Source: Diadema antillarum (Eukaryota). From it: DNA of 64,000 nt. The notes below the pieces were generated by a model, which had not been told where the DNA came from, ran no database searches, and worked only from the letters and a program-made list of their open reading frames with translations. Position 1 is the stretch's first letter, and every line of letters begins with the position of its first letter. Location of the stretch: contig NW_027271002.1 in the NCBI RefSeq assembly GCF_040938485.1, forward strand, positions 310,001 to 374,000, in the 5' to 3' direction. Made by a program: the position numbers and the translations under genes. Shown here piece by piece: positions 13,597 to 25,547 of the stretch.

Positions 13597-13917
13597 TTAG
13601 CTTCCAAACTCCAAAAAGGCTATGTCAAAAAAAAAAGTCACAACACAAGAGTCCACAGGATTACATAGTCTCAAGGGGGATGACTTCAAATGGAATAGGA
13701 TTGATCATCTTGCCAATGAATTACCACCCATAGAACTGATATTTTGAATGTCAAATTTGAGTTTTTGTATTTTTTTAGATAGAAGAACATAGTAGGTTTC
13801 TCATATAATATAGAATTGTAAAGAAAATTCACCTTTCACTTCCAGATAACCATACTGATTTGTGTCATCATATTACACTGAACCCCTCCCCTCCCAATCA
13901 TCCCACCCCCCACCCCC

Positions 13918-13948
<31 letters not shown>

Positions 13949-13964
13949 AAACAGGATTGTCATG

Positions 13965-14105
13965 TAAGGATTGATTGGTGTACAATAATTGGTGTTAAAT
14001 GTTTGATGCACAAAGATTGGTAAAAACTCATTGGAGTAAAGAGATTGGTATACAAGGGCTGGTGTAACAAGGTTGGTGTAACAAGGACTGGTGTAAAAAG
14101 AATAG
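13965..14105. repeat. Degenerate ~16-bp tandem repeat
   Basis: Recurrent (c/t)tggtgtaa(c/a)aag units. Confidence 0.55.
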
Positions 14106-14370
14106 TGTATATGGATTTATAAATACACAGTTCAGCATGATTTTGGAAAAGGGTTGCTACCCTTACTGTCAAAAGTACACTATAAAAAAAAAGAACTCTT
14201 CCTGTGTTAATTATGTCCTGCCCAAAGTCAAGTTCTACTGGACAGATGCTATATTTAGAGCAGCTTTAATTTTAGCTCAAAGTTTCCTTTGCTGGTTGAT
14301 ATGGAAATACTGCCAAACAATGTAGACCTGTAAAGTGATTCACGCTTGCCTGAAGGAAGCCGGTTAATCT

Positions 14371-14700
14371 ATGTGTCCTCCCAAGTTTGGAGAGGGGTGC
14401 TGTAATGTATCCTCCCAAGTTTGGAGAGGGGTGCTGTAATGTGCCTTCCCAAATTTGGAGAGGGGTACTGTCATATACCCGCCCAAGTTAAGAAGGGGGT
14501 GCTGTGACATGTCTCCAAAGTTTGGAGAGGGGTACTGTCATGTACCCTCCAAGTTTAGAAGGGGGTGCTGTAACGTGTCTCCCAAGTTTGGAGAGGGGTG
14601 CTCTAATATGTCCTCCCAATTTTAAGAAGGGTGTTGTATTGCCTCCTACCCATGTTTGAGAAGGGGCGTGGCATTATGTCCTCTAAAATTTGAAGGGTGT
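14371..14700. repeat. 34-bp minisatellite, about 9 diverging units
   Basis: atgtgtcctcccaagtttggagaggggtgctgta and variants. Confidence 0.9.
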
Positions 14701-15391
14701 TCTATTATGTTTTGTGTGAGAGGAGCGCTGCGTTTAGTTTGTCCTTTGAATGGCTCTCATCTCTCTTTCTATTCAGTTCATTTTTTTTTAACTTGGTCTG
14801 CTTTTGACCAATCATGTCATGTCATCCTCATAGCTCTTTCTGACATCATCACCTGATACCACTGGTAGTAAACAAACTATGAAACATGTATCATTGGAGT
14901 TCCACTCAAACTCCTCTCTACAATCAAACCTGATACCAATGGTGGTGTGCAAATCATCAACCCATTCCACAGCTGTTAACAGCTTTGATCACATATATTA
15001 TAACCAGGAACTACACTGTATAAATTTTGGACATCATCTACCTTGCTACCCTGGATAAATAATACCACACTGTTTGTATACATAGGGCTTTTACTGGCCG
15101 CTTTTACTGGCCGCTTTATCCCTCCACTGATTCAAATTTCCTTTCCCCAGGCACTTCATCTGTCTATTTCAGGTGAGATGGTAAATACTGTCTATTTGGT
15201 GTTGTGCCTTGTTTTAGAAAGCTTAAATCATGTCAAGGTCATGGCCATGATCATTATAGAAGCTATGACCACCTCAAGGTAAATTATGTCTGAAAATAGA
15301 ATCCTTCTCTTATTTTGATATAGTATACAGTGGCAACTGAAGTTCCTAGACCAGAATTCATGACAATTCTGAGTATTTACTCCACTCCATA

Positions 15392-15766
15392 TTAAAGGCA
15401 TAATTTACCATTTGCAGATGAAACAAAAACCCAGCATTAGTGCTTCAATATAGTCCTAAAATGTGAGTTAGGGATAGAAACAACCAGTGTGAAAATTTGA
15501 ACCAGTATAATTGATGTTAAGTATTGTTAAATACACTAAATGTGAACAATAGTTATGATAAAAATGTTTCAAGACTAAACCGTCTACAGTTACGGTTTAA
15601 TGAGGAAAATAGTGATATCTCCTTATATTTTAGGGTTTATTGCAAAAATCTTATATGGTAGGGTGTTTTGTGATACAACTGACCTACACATACAGCTGTA
15701 TGTATCAAAAGTGATATCTTGAACATTTTTAAAATCACTGTTCCCAAAGGTAAACAGGACCTTTAA
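15392..15766 (-). mobile_element. Kolobok-like MITE (TTAA-AGG ends), family K1
   Basis: ttaaaggcataatttacc ... ggtaaacaggacctttaa; homologous to 22743-23108 and 29294-29658. Confidence 0.7.
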
Positions 15767-18080
15767 CCTGCAGAATATCACTTTCTTTCAGTTTAATATT
15801 CCAAGTATACTTAGACATAAACCAATGAAAAGGGTAGTCACTTACTGTATACGCCATATACAATGTATTTAGCAAGTCTAATTTTTCATGAATCCAGAGT
15901 TCTCAGCAATCTTTTTTTTTTTTGAGTGGTTAAATTTGTGATCATGGATCAGAGTTCTAGTGAAATAGAGAAATGTCTGTGAACACATCGCATTGATTTC
16001 AGGCTAAGAGTTAATATTATCACACGTTTTTGAATTCAAGGAATACATCCCAACTTATGCAATTAGTGTAAAAGAAAACCTTACAAAATATATGGCAAAT
16101 ACTGTATTACTTATAAGCAAAGAAGAATAGTTTGAAGTCTTAAATCATTTAGCTTCCCACGCAATCTTGACAATGGCTAATTTTACCCCCACCCGACTCC
16201 GACCCCCCACCCGACTCCAACCCCCTTCCTTCAGTTCTGCAAAGAGTCATATCCTGAGATGAGAATGACCTTCAGTCGAACCTCACAAAATCTGATCCTG
16301 TACCATTAAAAAAAAAGAAAAGTGTGAAAACATTTTAAGGAAGGATTTCAAAATTTCACATGACCACATTGAAATGTTGGCAGGCTATATCTCTGGAGGA
16401 CCAGGGCTAAAATAAAGGAGTCTGAAAACCAGCTCACAATCCTCGGATGATGTCGGCAAACTTTGGTTAAATGTCACCCTTCCACCCCTTTCCTCAGGGA
16501 AGTCAAAGATGCTAAAAATGCTGCAGACCGTGTTATGGCTCTCTAAGGCTTTAAGGAAAGTTATATAAAGCATTTGATCCTTCTCTAGACTATGCTTTGC
16601 TTACCAAGGACATGTCTAAAAATTTGTTAAAATATATTAAACTTATATGTGTAGCACCTGCTGTGTTTTTATTCCATGCAATAATTTCACTTCCTGCAAG
16701 GATTTCATAACACATCAGTCCAGACTGCTGGTATTGCCTAAAATAAGTGACGTTGTACGTCATTTACTTTTATACACCAAAATTAAAGTATAAAATGGAA
16801 CATTATATACAATTTTTATTTGATTAAATTTACTGGTATCTGGATCATCGACATATACAGCTCTAACAACAATATTCAAGTGAACTCATTCACACACTAC
16901 AACTCTTTGTATTTCATGACAACGATGTGTAACAAACCAGGAGAACACACAGTTACTACCATCCATCATGCCACATCTTCCCTCACACACTGACCACACC
17001 ACTTCAAACTCATCATGGCACATTTCAAATGTTGGAATCCGACTCCCAGTACCACTGCTATGATCCAAACTCTGTAAAGAAGATACTAACCCAACTGTAT
17101 TCTAATCAAGAAGTCAAGTCATACCAAAAGTCAATGCACTTTGATGCTGAGGGACTTTAAAAGGTGTTTGAAGTCTGCAGTCTCTTAATCTCATTATGAA
17201 GCTCCAAAAATTCATGTCGCAGCAACAGATTTCGTCACAGCTAAGCGATAGATTTTGTCACATCTAACCATAAAAAAAGAAGAAAAACAAAGTGTCAATC
17301 CCAATCAATCAACTCTCAGCTTCTTTGCAAACTCTTGAACAAACTCTCAAACAAGCTGATATATGGTGACCTTGGAGATGAATAACTAGCATCTCTCACA
17401 AGGGAGATAAGCTTCCCATCGTCATGACAACAGACGAAGATGAAGTTTGAAACAGTTGACACATCAGCACGCTTCCTTCATTAGCAACTTTAATGTAGGA
17501 TGAAAGAAAATGAAAGTTTGTCTCATTCAATTTCCTGAAATAAAATGACTTTCAGGCAGGATGACATTCAGTCGACTCAGTTCCTAGAAACTCCCCGAGG
17601 AATTAATCGAAACTTGCTTTATCTTAAAATGCCCCTCCCAAAATCTCCAGCAATTTATCTCTTTTTTTCCCCTTTATTCTAACTTTTCAATCCTCTTGTT
17701 TTCCATGCAACAGCTTTGATTCGATCTCCTTTTAGTGCAAATCGATACATTTTTTTTCTCTTATAATGATTTAATGAGTCTTGAAAGCGAGACACTGAGT
17801 AATTTGTGATATAAAAAGCACCAGAAATAGAATATATTATCAATATCATAAATTATATCATACCTATTTCTTCCTTTCAGCAACACTTACATTTCAAGTC
17901 CAAATTCACTTCTTTGACATAGAAGGATGCTATGAACACTATAAAGATGTATGGTTTATAGTGTTCATACTAACTTGTAGTACTTTGCTGAAGACTATGA
18001 AATAAATGAGAAAATTTGATATGTCTTTGACAAATAGTGATTGTTTGTTTTTGTCTATTTTTTTTTTATTTTCCCTGCAG

Positions 18081-19013
18081 GACCTAGAACCAGACTCACA
18101 GTACACTGTGTGTGTTAGCATCATCCTAATCAACATGAGCCAGACGAATGCTGTCCTCAGGGACCAGTGTGTGGAGGTGCGCACTCGCTCATTGTCCCTC
18201 AATGAGACTGGGTTACCCGTTACCATGGTAGCCATCATCTTGGGAGGCGTGGTGGTAGCACTCATCCTCATCATGCTCTTGGCTCTATGCTGTCAGAGGA
18301 AGTGTCTCCAGACGAGGAGGGCTGTGATTGGTGCAGCAGCCACTGTGAGACGAGCCAGGGCCCAGCAGACCTGTGAGATCCATGGCAACCCAAAGACACC
18401 TCTAGCACCACGGCCATCAGCTGGGAACCCACCAAAGAAGGAGCATGAATACAGCAAACCTGGACCACCTGTTAAGGAAAGAGCACCTCCTAAATTTGGC
18501 TCACCACCCAACAATAGAGTACTACCACATACTAGAACACAAGCACTGACTCCAAAGCCTCTTCAGCTCATGCAGCCTTCCAGAAAACCTGACATCACTA
18601 CAGCCCATGTCTCAGGAAGATGTATCCACGCCAACAATGGAAACAACTCAGCCTCCAGCCCCAAGGATACCTTAGTGATCGACATCCCACCAACGGTTCC
18701 AGAGCATGACATTGCCATGGATGCCATTAAGAAAGCTGCAAGGAACCCAGAGGACCCTGCCATGCAGTCAAGCTACTACGCCCGCTCCTATTCCATCTCT
18801 AGCTCTGAGTACACAGAACATTCTCTCTATGGAGGCAGTAGGAATCCTCTTGTGTCTGCCGTTACCAGGACGACGACACACCCACCTTCCAGTGTATTCA
18901 GGGCTCTACCAAGGTCTGTAGCAAATCACATGATGCGAATCAAAAATGCCCGCGACAAAGATGCAACGGAAGACTTTGATATGGCGAGAACCTACTTCTT
19001 GCCTCGTGCATGA
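18081..19013 (+). CDS. Coding exon 2 of the same protein: end of FN3, TM helix, cytoplasmic tail, stop
   Basis: Acceptor ttttttatttt ccctgcag|GAC at 18080/18081, phase 0. The join reads DFTLT|DLEPDSQYTVCV, the canonical FN3 L-x-P-x-x-x-Y motif. TM segment VTMVAIILGGVVVALILIMLLALCC followed by basic QRK. TGA at 19011-19013. Confidence 0.9.
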   Translation, partial: DLEPDSQYTVCVSIILINMSQTNAVLRDQCVEVRTRSLSLNETGLPVTMVAIILGGVVVALILIMLLALCCQRKCLQTRRAVIGAAATVRRARAQQTCEIHGNPKTPLAPRPSAGNPPKKEHEYSKPGPPVKERAPPKFGSPPNNRVLPHTRTQALTPKPLQLMQPSRKPDITTAHVSGRCIHANNGNNSASSPKDTLVIDIPPTVPEHDIAMDAIKKAARNPEDPAMQSSYYARSYSISSSEYTEHSLYGGSRNPLVSAVTRTTTHPPSSVFRALPRSVANHMMRIKNARDKDATEDFDMARTYFLPRA

Positions 19014-22000
19014 CGAGAATAGCAGAGACATGGAAAACCATGGAGCTATAGAAAGAGGCAGTATTTTCTTCAGTACCTATTCTTGCGTGATATAATCACT
19101 GACAAAGGGAGTATGAGGGAGGCAACTGTTGGACAGCAGTAATTATGGCTTCCGCCGGTGTGTGCCACGAGCCAGCCAGGATACCTAAACTTGACAGTCG
19201 GGGCAAGGAAGGAGGAGGTCCTTTCTGGGGGCAATGAGCCTCTCAAACAGAGCAGAAAATAGCTTTAGAGCAACATGAAGAGGAACCCAAGGATGTATCG
19301 TGTGTCTTCTCCTCATGTAGACTACTGTCTCACAGACAGCTACACTACAGCAGACATACAGACTTTTGAAGTCAGTATGAAGGATGTTAGATAAGACTTG
19401 AGTTTCTCTGCGCTCATCACAGGAATGGGGCTTGAAGAGTGTAGAGGAAATGACACTACATTCCAATCTCAGACATGAGGCAATGGTTCAAAGGGAGGTC
19501 AATGTGGCAATGATTCAAAGGAAGGTCAGAGTGGCAGACCAGCTGGAAACTGTGAGAGAAAGCCACTAGAGAGATTGAGGCTTATTGTTTCATCATTAAG
19601 GCAGAAGCAATGTGTGCATGAAAGAAACCTCATGAATATTCATGACAGCTGAAGTAGAAATGTACCTAATTCAATTTCTACCTTTACTGTAGCAAACTAG
19701 AGCAGGATTATAAAGTTACTGCAAATGCACTGATGGCTTTCGATTGACACAAAAACATAAAACAGTATTATGACATCAATCAGAATTGAATCAAAGCCAC
19801 ATGTACAATTTGTACTGTAAGTACAGCTGTAGCATTGCATGTAATTTCAGCTTTTCGGCAAAGGATATTGTAATAAGCATCAATATATCTCATCAATGCA
19901 TATAGATGCTGGTATGGTTGACACAAAATATCTAGTGTTTTATAAAACTTTCTTTAATGCTGCTGTTACTACTCTACCAGTGTGTCAATGAAATGCAACA
20001 TACAATGTAGTAAATATTAATATCAATTACTGGTGAAACTGGCCAGCAAAATCAAAAAATGTTATGATATCTATTACATATTTCACACTGAGATCCTCTG
20101 TACATAACTCCACTCATAACTTGTTTTAAGACTGTAATGTATGGTGTTATATGCTTTGACTTGAAGATAATGAAACACGTTGAAGATTAATCAACAGTAC
20201 ACTCCGACAGGTGTCTATGGGAAATGCATGTTATAGCAAAATCAGTTTGCCATCGATAGGTTAACACAGGAATGTCACTATACCTTTGTCCCAGTAGGAT
20301 TTGCATGTAAGCCCTACTCAGCATGTTCACACAATGTTCCCCTCCAATACCTAAATACGCTTCTGCAGTCAATTCAAATATCATTACTTTTAATGAAGAT
20401 GGCCAAAGAGAAGCTATCAGCCCGTACAATAACATGTGATTCTTGCATTTTGAGTTTTTGTTTTCATAAAGATAGCAAAGTCACCCCACCCCCAACAAAT
20501 AAAATGTTGAGATAATATTTATATGAAGCATATTTGTTAAGTGGTTTAAAAAAAAAAAGGAAAACTTTCACATATTGATGTTTTTGTTGTAATACAGATA
20601 CATCAGAATGCTTGAGAAGTTTCATATGGACGGCACAACAAACTTATATTTTGGATGATACTCTTTGGTTTCACATGGCATAACAAGAAAAAGGAAATCT
20701 GAGAACTGCCGCATGCATAGTTTGCAATGGCTTGTAATTGGGAGAAAATGAAGAAGAAACACACGCAACCAAACCTGGCTGTCAGCCAGACAAATTAACT
20801 ATTTAAAAAAAAAACTGTGGTGTAATTTGTATTCATAATCAAAGGCAACTTTTAATACTAAAAGAGCTCAAGTCCATTGTTTATTTTAAGTAAAGAAAAT
20901 CAGATTGGAAAGATATTAGACAATGCTAATGAGCATCTTTGTCTCAGCGTTTAATCACATTTATGTAATATCAATTACTTTAATGTAAACATACTAGGAA
21001 ACATGCATTCCTACCAACTCTAGACTTCTAGCTTATATCATCACTCTTGAAGAGCATTCATGGCATAAAGTCATTAATTGTTGCTCACTTACGGATGATT
21101 ACTGGTGGTAATTCAAGAGGACAGTTTTAACAGAGGCAGACACTTTTAAGACAGCTATGAAACACTCTTACCCTGTTGAAGACTAGTCCCGATTATACTC
21201 AGACAGGTGTCTATGGGAAATGCGTGTTATAGCAAAATCATTTGCTAAACTGTATTTGGTGCCTTAGTGTTAAACTTTAGAATCTATAGCAGATCTATCC
21301 ATGCTTGGAGTGTAACTTGATACAAACCTTATTTTTGTGTTATGAAATCACTGTGAAAAGTGCAGTTTGGTATTTAAATCATCCAATAACCTCCATTCTG
21401 TCTTCATACCATACACCAGACAGTAGACCTGTTATTATTTCACTGATAATGTCAATTAATCCGGATTGCTCTGTACAGATATTTAATACAAACCTTGTCC
21501 AATCCCACAGTGTCTTCTAACTCATCACCTTCATCTCTTGACTAGACTGTGTAGTGTATATGTATGTAAAGTATTTGTATATAGTTTGATTAAAAAGAAT
21601 GAAACAAATAACTTGGTAATAAAAGTCCATACAGAATATCCACCTCTTGTATATAATATGTTTACTTTGTCCACAGTTAGTTTATAACAGGTGTATACAA
21701 TTAATTATCTAGTCATTGACAAAATAGTCATAAAAGATTTGCAGACTTCCACAGAAGAACTTGTTTACATTCATACATTTCTGAAATGTATTTATAAGAC
21801 ATGTATTAAGAGTCATGGAGCATTTAGACACTGAAAAAAAAAAATCTTCTTGTGGACCTCTGATAGCAAAAAATATTGCAAACAACCACTGTGTCACAAA
21901 CTACATGGCCTCAGTCACACCTCTCTGTAATAGGCTAGTACGTTTTTGCAGGAAAATGCAAATATCAAGGCAGAATTTAATTAGCTAAAGAGTCAAGGCA

Positions 22001-22742
22001 AGTTTGCTTGACTTTCAGAAATCAACCCACATCATGATGATATGTGTTGACATCCTACCTTGGTAAACAAGTTCTTTTGTAAGTCTGCAACTCTTCATAG
22101 CTCATGGTGCATTAGGTATTTTGTGTGGGTTTGTTTGTCAGTGCTTGTTTGTTTGTTTTTTGGTGCAAGGCTAAAAAATCATGAAAAATAATTTTATACA
22201 ACTCAAATTTTGGTTTGTAGCAATGATGAAACATAAGGAGAATATATTAGGGGAGAAAATCAGATGAAATAAATGCAACCTTACCAACTGAGCAAAATGA
22301 GAAGCCATTTGAACTATGTGTACATGGGATAATTACAAACTGACTTATTGCAAAGCTTGATGAATACTTCCTGATACTATAGTCTCATCTATCCATCTGA
22401 AATGAAATTTTCTAAACTGAGAATTCTCCTAACTTTTCACACGTTCACAAATTCATGCATCGAGACCAACAAGCAGGATGTGAAGCTCTAAACAAAACTT
22501 GCTTGCAAAACAACTGGGTGTGAAAAATGGCATCAGGTCAAACAAACAACAACCTGAAACTACATGTAGATGAAGACGTGATGTTGCCATGGCTACCAAA
22601 TCTGGAATGAGACAAGTAATTCATATCCAAGAATGAATTTGAGTTTCTCTCACATTCTCCTGAAAAACCTCAGCATGCACTTTCTTGAGTTCATTTACCA
22701 TTTCCAGTCGATATCAAGGGGAAAATGGCTTGCAGGATGGTG

Positions 22743-23108
22743 TTAAAGGTACAATTTACCATTATTGGGAGTAGCGATTTTCAAAAATGTTTGAGTTATA
22801 TCTGATGCGTGTGTAGGTCAGTTGTATCACAAAACATCCTACCATATAAACATTTTGCAATAAAATATAAAATATTAGGAGATATCACTATTTTTCTCAC
22901 TAAACCATAACTGTAGCCGGTTTAATCTAGAAACAATTTTATTATAACTATTGTTAACTTTTTGTATATTCAACAATACTTAACATTGATTATCCTGATT
23001 AAAATTGTTACATGAGTTGTTTCTATCCCTAACTCACATCCTAGAACTATTTTGAAGCATTAAAGCTGGGTTTTTGCTTCAATTGCAAATGGTAAATAAT
23101 GCCTTTAA
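22743..23108 (+). mobile_element. Kolobok-like MITE K1
   Basis: ttaaaggtacaatttacc ... ggtaaataatgcctttaa; shared internal body. Confidence 0.7.
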
Positions 23109-24975
23109 CATTTCAAAACTCTTCATTCATCTCACTATTCTCTGTGTGCTGTCAAGTTTCATGGAAAAAATAGAAATATTTGGACAAGGATGGTGAAAGG
23201 ACAGTATTATCAGGAGCAAAAAATGGCAGCAGAATTTCAACAACTTTCCTCTGCTCCTAATTCTATGAATTTCTCACAAAATTTATGGAGAGACTTTCAT
23301 CATTTTACATACACATTGGACAAATGTTTTCACCTGTCTGACGGTAAATCCTGGCCTAGAATTCCTACCACAAGGTGATGGCTCCTTGATAGCAAGTGAC
23401 TGCTATGATATGAGAACAAGCTCAAGCTGTCTACACAGACAGGGCACTCCAACACATGTTTCTTACAGCTGCTAGAGATGAAATCTAATACCAGACCTCT
23501 TCCCTAGAGAACATGTATCAATCAGCATGATCAAATCCATTTCCTCAAGCTGCACTCTTTCATGCACTGTGCAGATATGGAATCAAAACTGTTGCAAATA
23601 CAGAAAGAATACACAAGCAAGAAAAAGCATGAATGTGTGTGGTATGCATTATTTGTAAATAGCAATTAATATGTAACTCATCCTTTGACTCTAGAGGCTG
23701 ATTAAGATAAGAATCTGAACAGGACAAATTTGGGAGGTGAGAGGCTAGCCCTGAGGGAGTGAGTTACTGTTTGTGGTTACAGGTCCTGGCAAAGTGCCTG
23801 TATCGTGACCTGTTACTGTCTACAGCTAGCTCAACTCACTGCCAAGACGTGAATGTAGACCCCATTCACACCTGAAACTTGATTGCCTTTCTCTCACATA
23901 CACAGAAAATTTAGCAGTGTTAGCATGTGCATAGGCATATGCTGTCAGTATTTTTCCTTAATAAAAACTTTGGGTTCCCAATTGGGCCTACATGATAACA
24001 GACCCAGATTTCCCACCTAGACCTAAATGCCAGAAACACACACACACACAAATTTCAACATGAATTCCATGTAAGAAAAGTTTAGTAAGGTTGTGACATA
24101 ATAAAACACCTTTCTTTAGCATGTCATACTTTTTCACATTGTTCAATAATTAGTTGAATCAAGAAACTGGAAAACAAACTCACTGTTGCGACTTTTCGCC
24201 AATTATCAATTGTCTTCTTTGGGCGAATGATGCTCCTGAAGATGGAATGGCCCTTAAATAGTGCAAGATTGTGCAGAGCTCAGGCAATCATGTTCTGTGT
24301 GAAGACATGTCTAATATGACTTCAAAAGATGTAATTATCAAAGGGATAAGCTTCATGACAATCTGTACATTGTGAAAATATTTTTTGCACCAAGAAAAAT
24401 CAAAATTGCTGAAATCTTTCCATTGTTGTGACCTATAACATTTCAAGTCATGGTCCAGTCTGATCCTGTTTCAGTGTGAATGGGGCATAAATGTCAGCTT
24501 AAAAGTCAGGTAGATATGAGAACCTGGGAAGACTAGGGTAGGACTGTGAATCAGCAGTGTGTCTAAGAATACCACTGACTATCAGTTCATCTTGTCTGAA
24601 GGGACCAAGTCCCCCACTCCCCACCACCCCCCCCCCCCCCCATTCTAGGGGGGCGGGGTGGGGCTGGCTGGGAGTGTGTCCAACAAAACCCTGGTAAAAA
24701 CCCGATGGTAGCTCCAGCAGCCTTCACTCACATTCAGCTCCATGCCAAGACCCTGTGTCACACAATCTACCAGACTTACAACAATCATTCTCACTATGAC
24801 TACAGGTGCACCTGCCACAACAACCAATCAGCTGTCAGCATTTGTGCTGTTACCATGGTAACTGAGATTAATCTGCAAGTTGTAATAGTTGTGTGTTTGA
24901 CATGTGAAACAATTAAGTCACCAAGGTAAAAGCAAAGGAGGGAAAATATGTTTTTGGAGACACACATTATACTAA

Positions 24976-25547
24976 AGGGCTTTTTACACTTTTTTTGCTT
25001 TACAATTTTTGCTTAGTCCCGTACCAACGGTGGGGCTAAGGGGGGGGGGGGGGGGGGGGGGGGGCCTTAGCCCCACCGTTGGTACGGGACTATCCTTAGC
25101 CCACTTTCTGTTTACACTCGTTTTTGCCAAAGTGGGCTAGCCCCACCTATAATCCCGTACTATCTGGCCCTGCAAAATAGCAGGGTTAGCACCGCAATTG
25201 CGGTGCCAAGCAAGTGAGTGTAAACAGAACGAAAAAATAATCCTGGGCTAAGCGACGGAGACGAAGTCCGACCCTCACTGACCAATCAGAAACGAGGTAA
25301 TCAAGTGCTGCCGGTGCGTGCGTGTACGTGTACAGTACACAGCGTAATCATGAATATTCATATGGTTTGGAAAGTCCGGGGCTAAGAAATACGAGTGTAA
25401 AAAGGTCAGTTTTCTCCTTAGCCCCGGACAAGAGATAGTACGGGACTAATTGGCGAGTGTAAAAAGCTGAAAAAATTGGTACGGGACTAACGATAGTCCT
25501 GGGTCAGAGAAAGTCCGGGGTTAAGAAACAGAAGTGTAAAAAGGGCT
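24976..25547 (+). mobile_element. Harbinger-like MITE H1, copy 2
   Basis: Same termini and body as copy 1; flanks taa / tta; internal palindrome with a poly-G loop. Confidence 0.85.

Noticed and set aside
14371-14700. CRISPR-like array (also considered for 40098-40196, 45586-45730, 59646-60065, 63661-63748)
   Set aside because: Head-to-tail units without unique spacers, in eukaryotic DNA, with no cas genes.
18006-18080. ATG start of ORF 18006..19013
   Set aside because: Lies in the polypyrimidine tract of the intron; no signal peptide and only half an FN3 domain.
19014-19560. Coding continuation after the stop at 19013
   Set aside because: GC content is coding-like but all frames have repeated stops; treated as 3' UTR.
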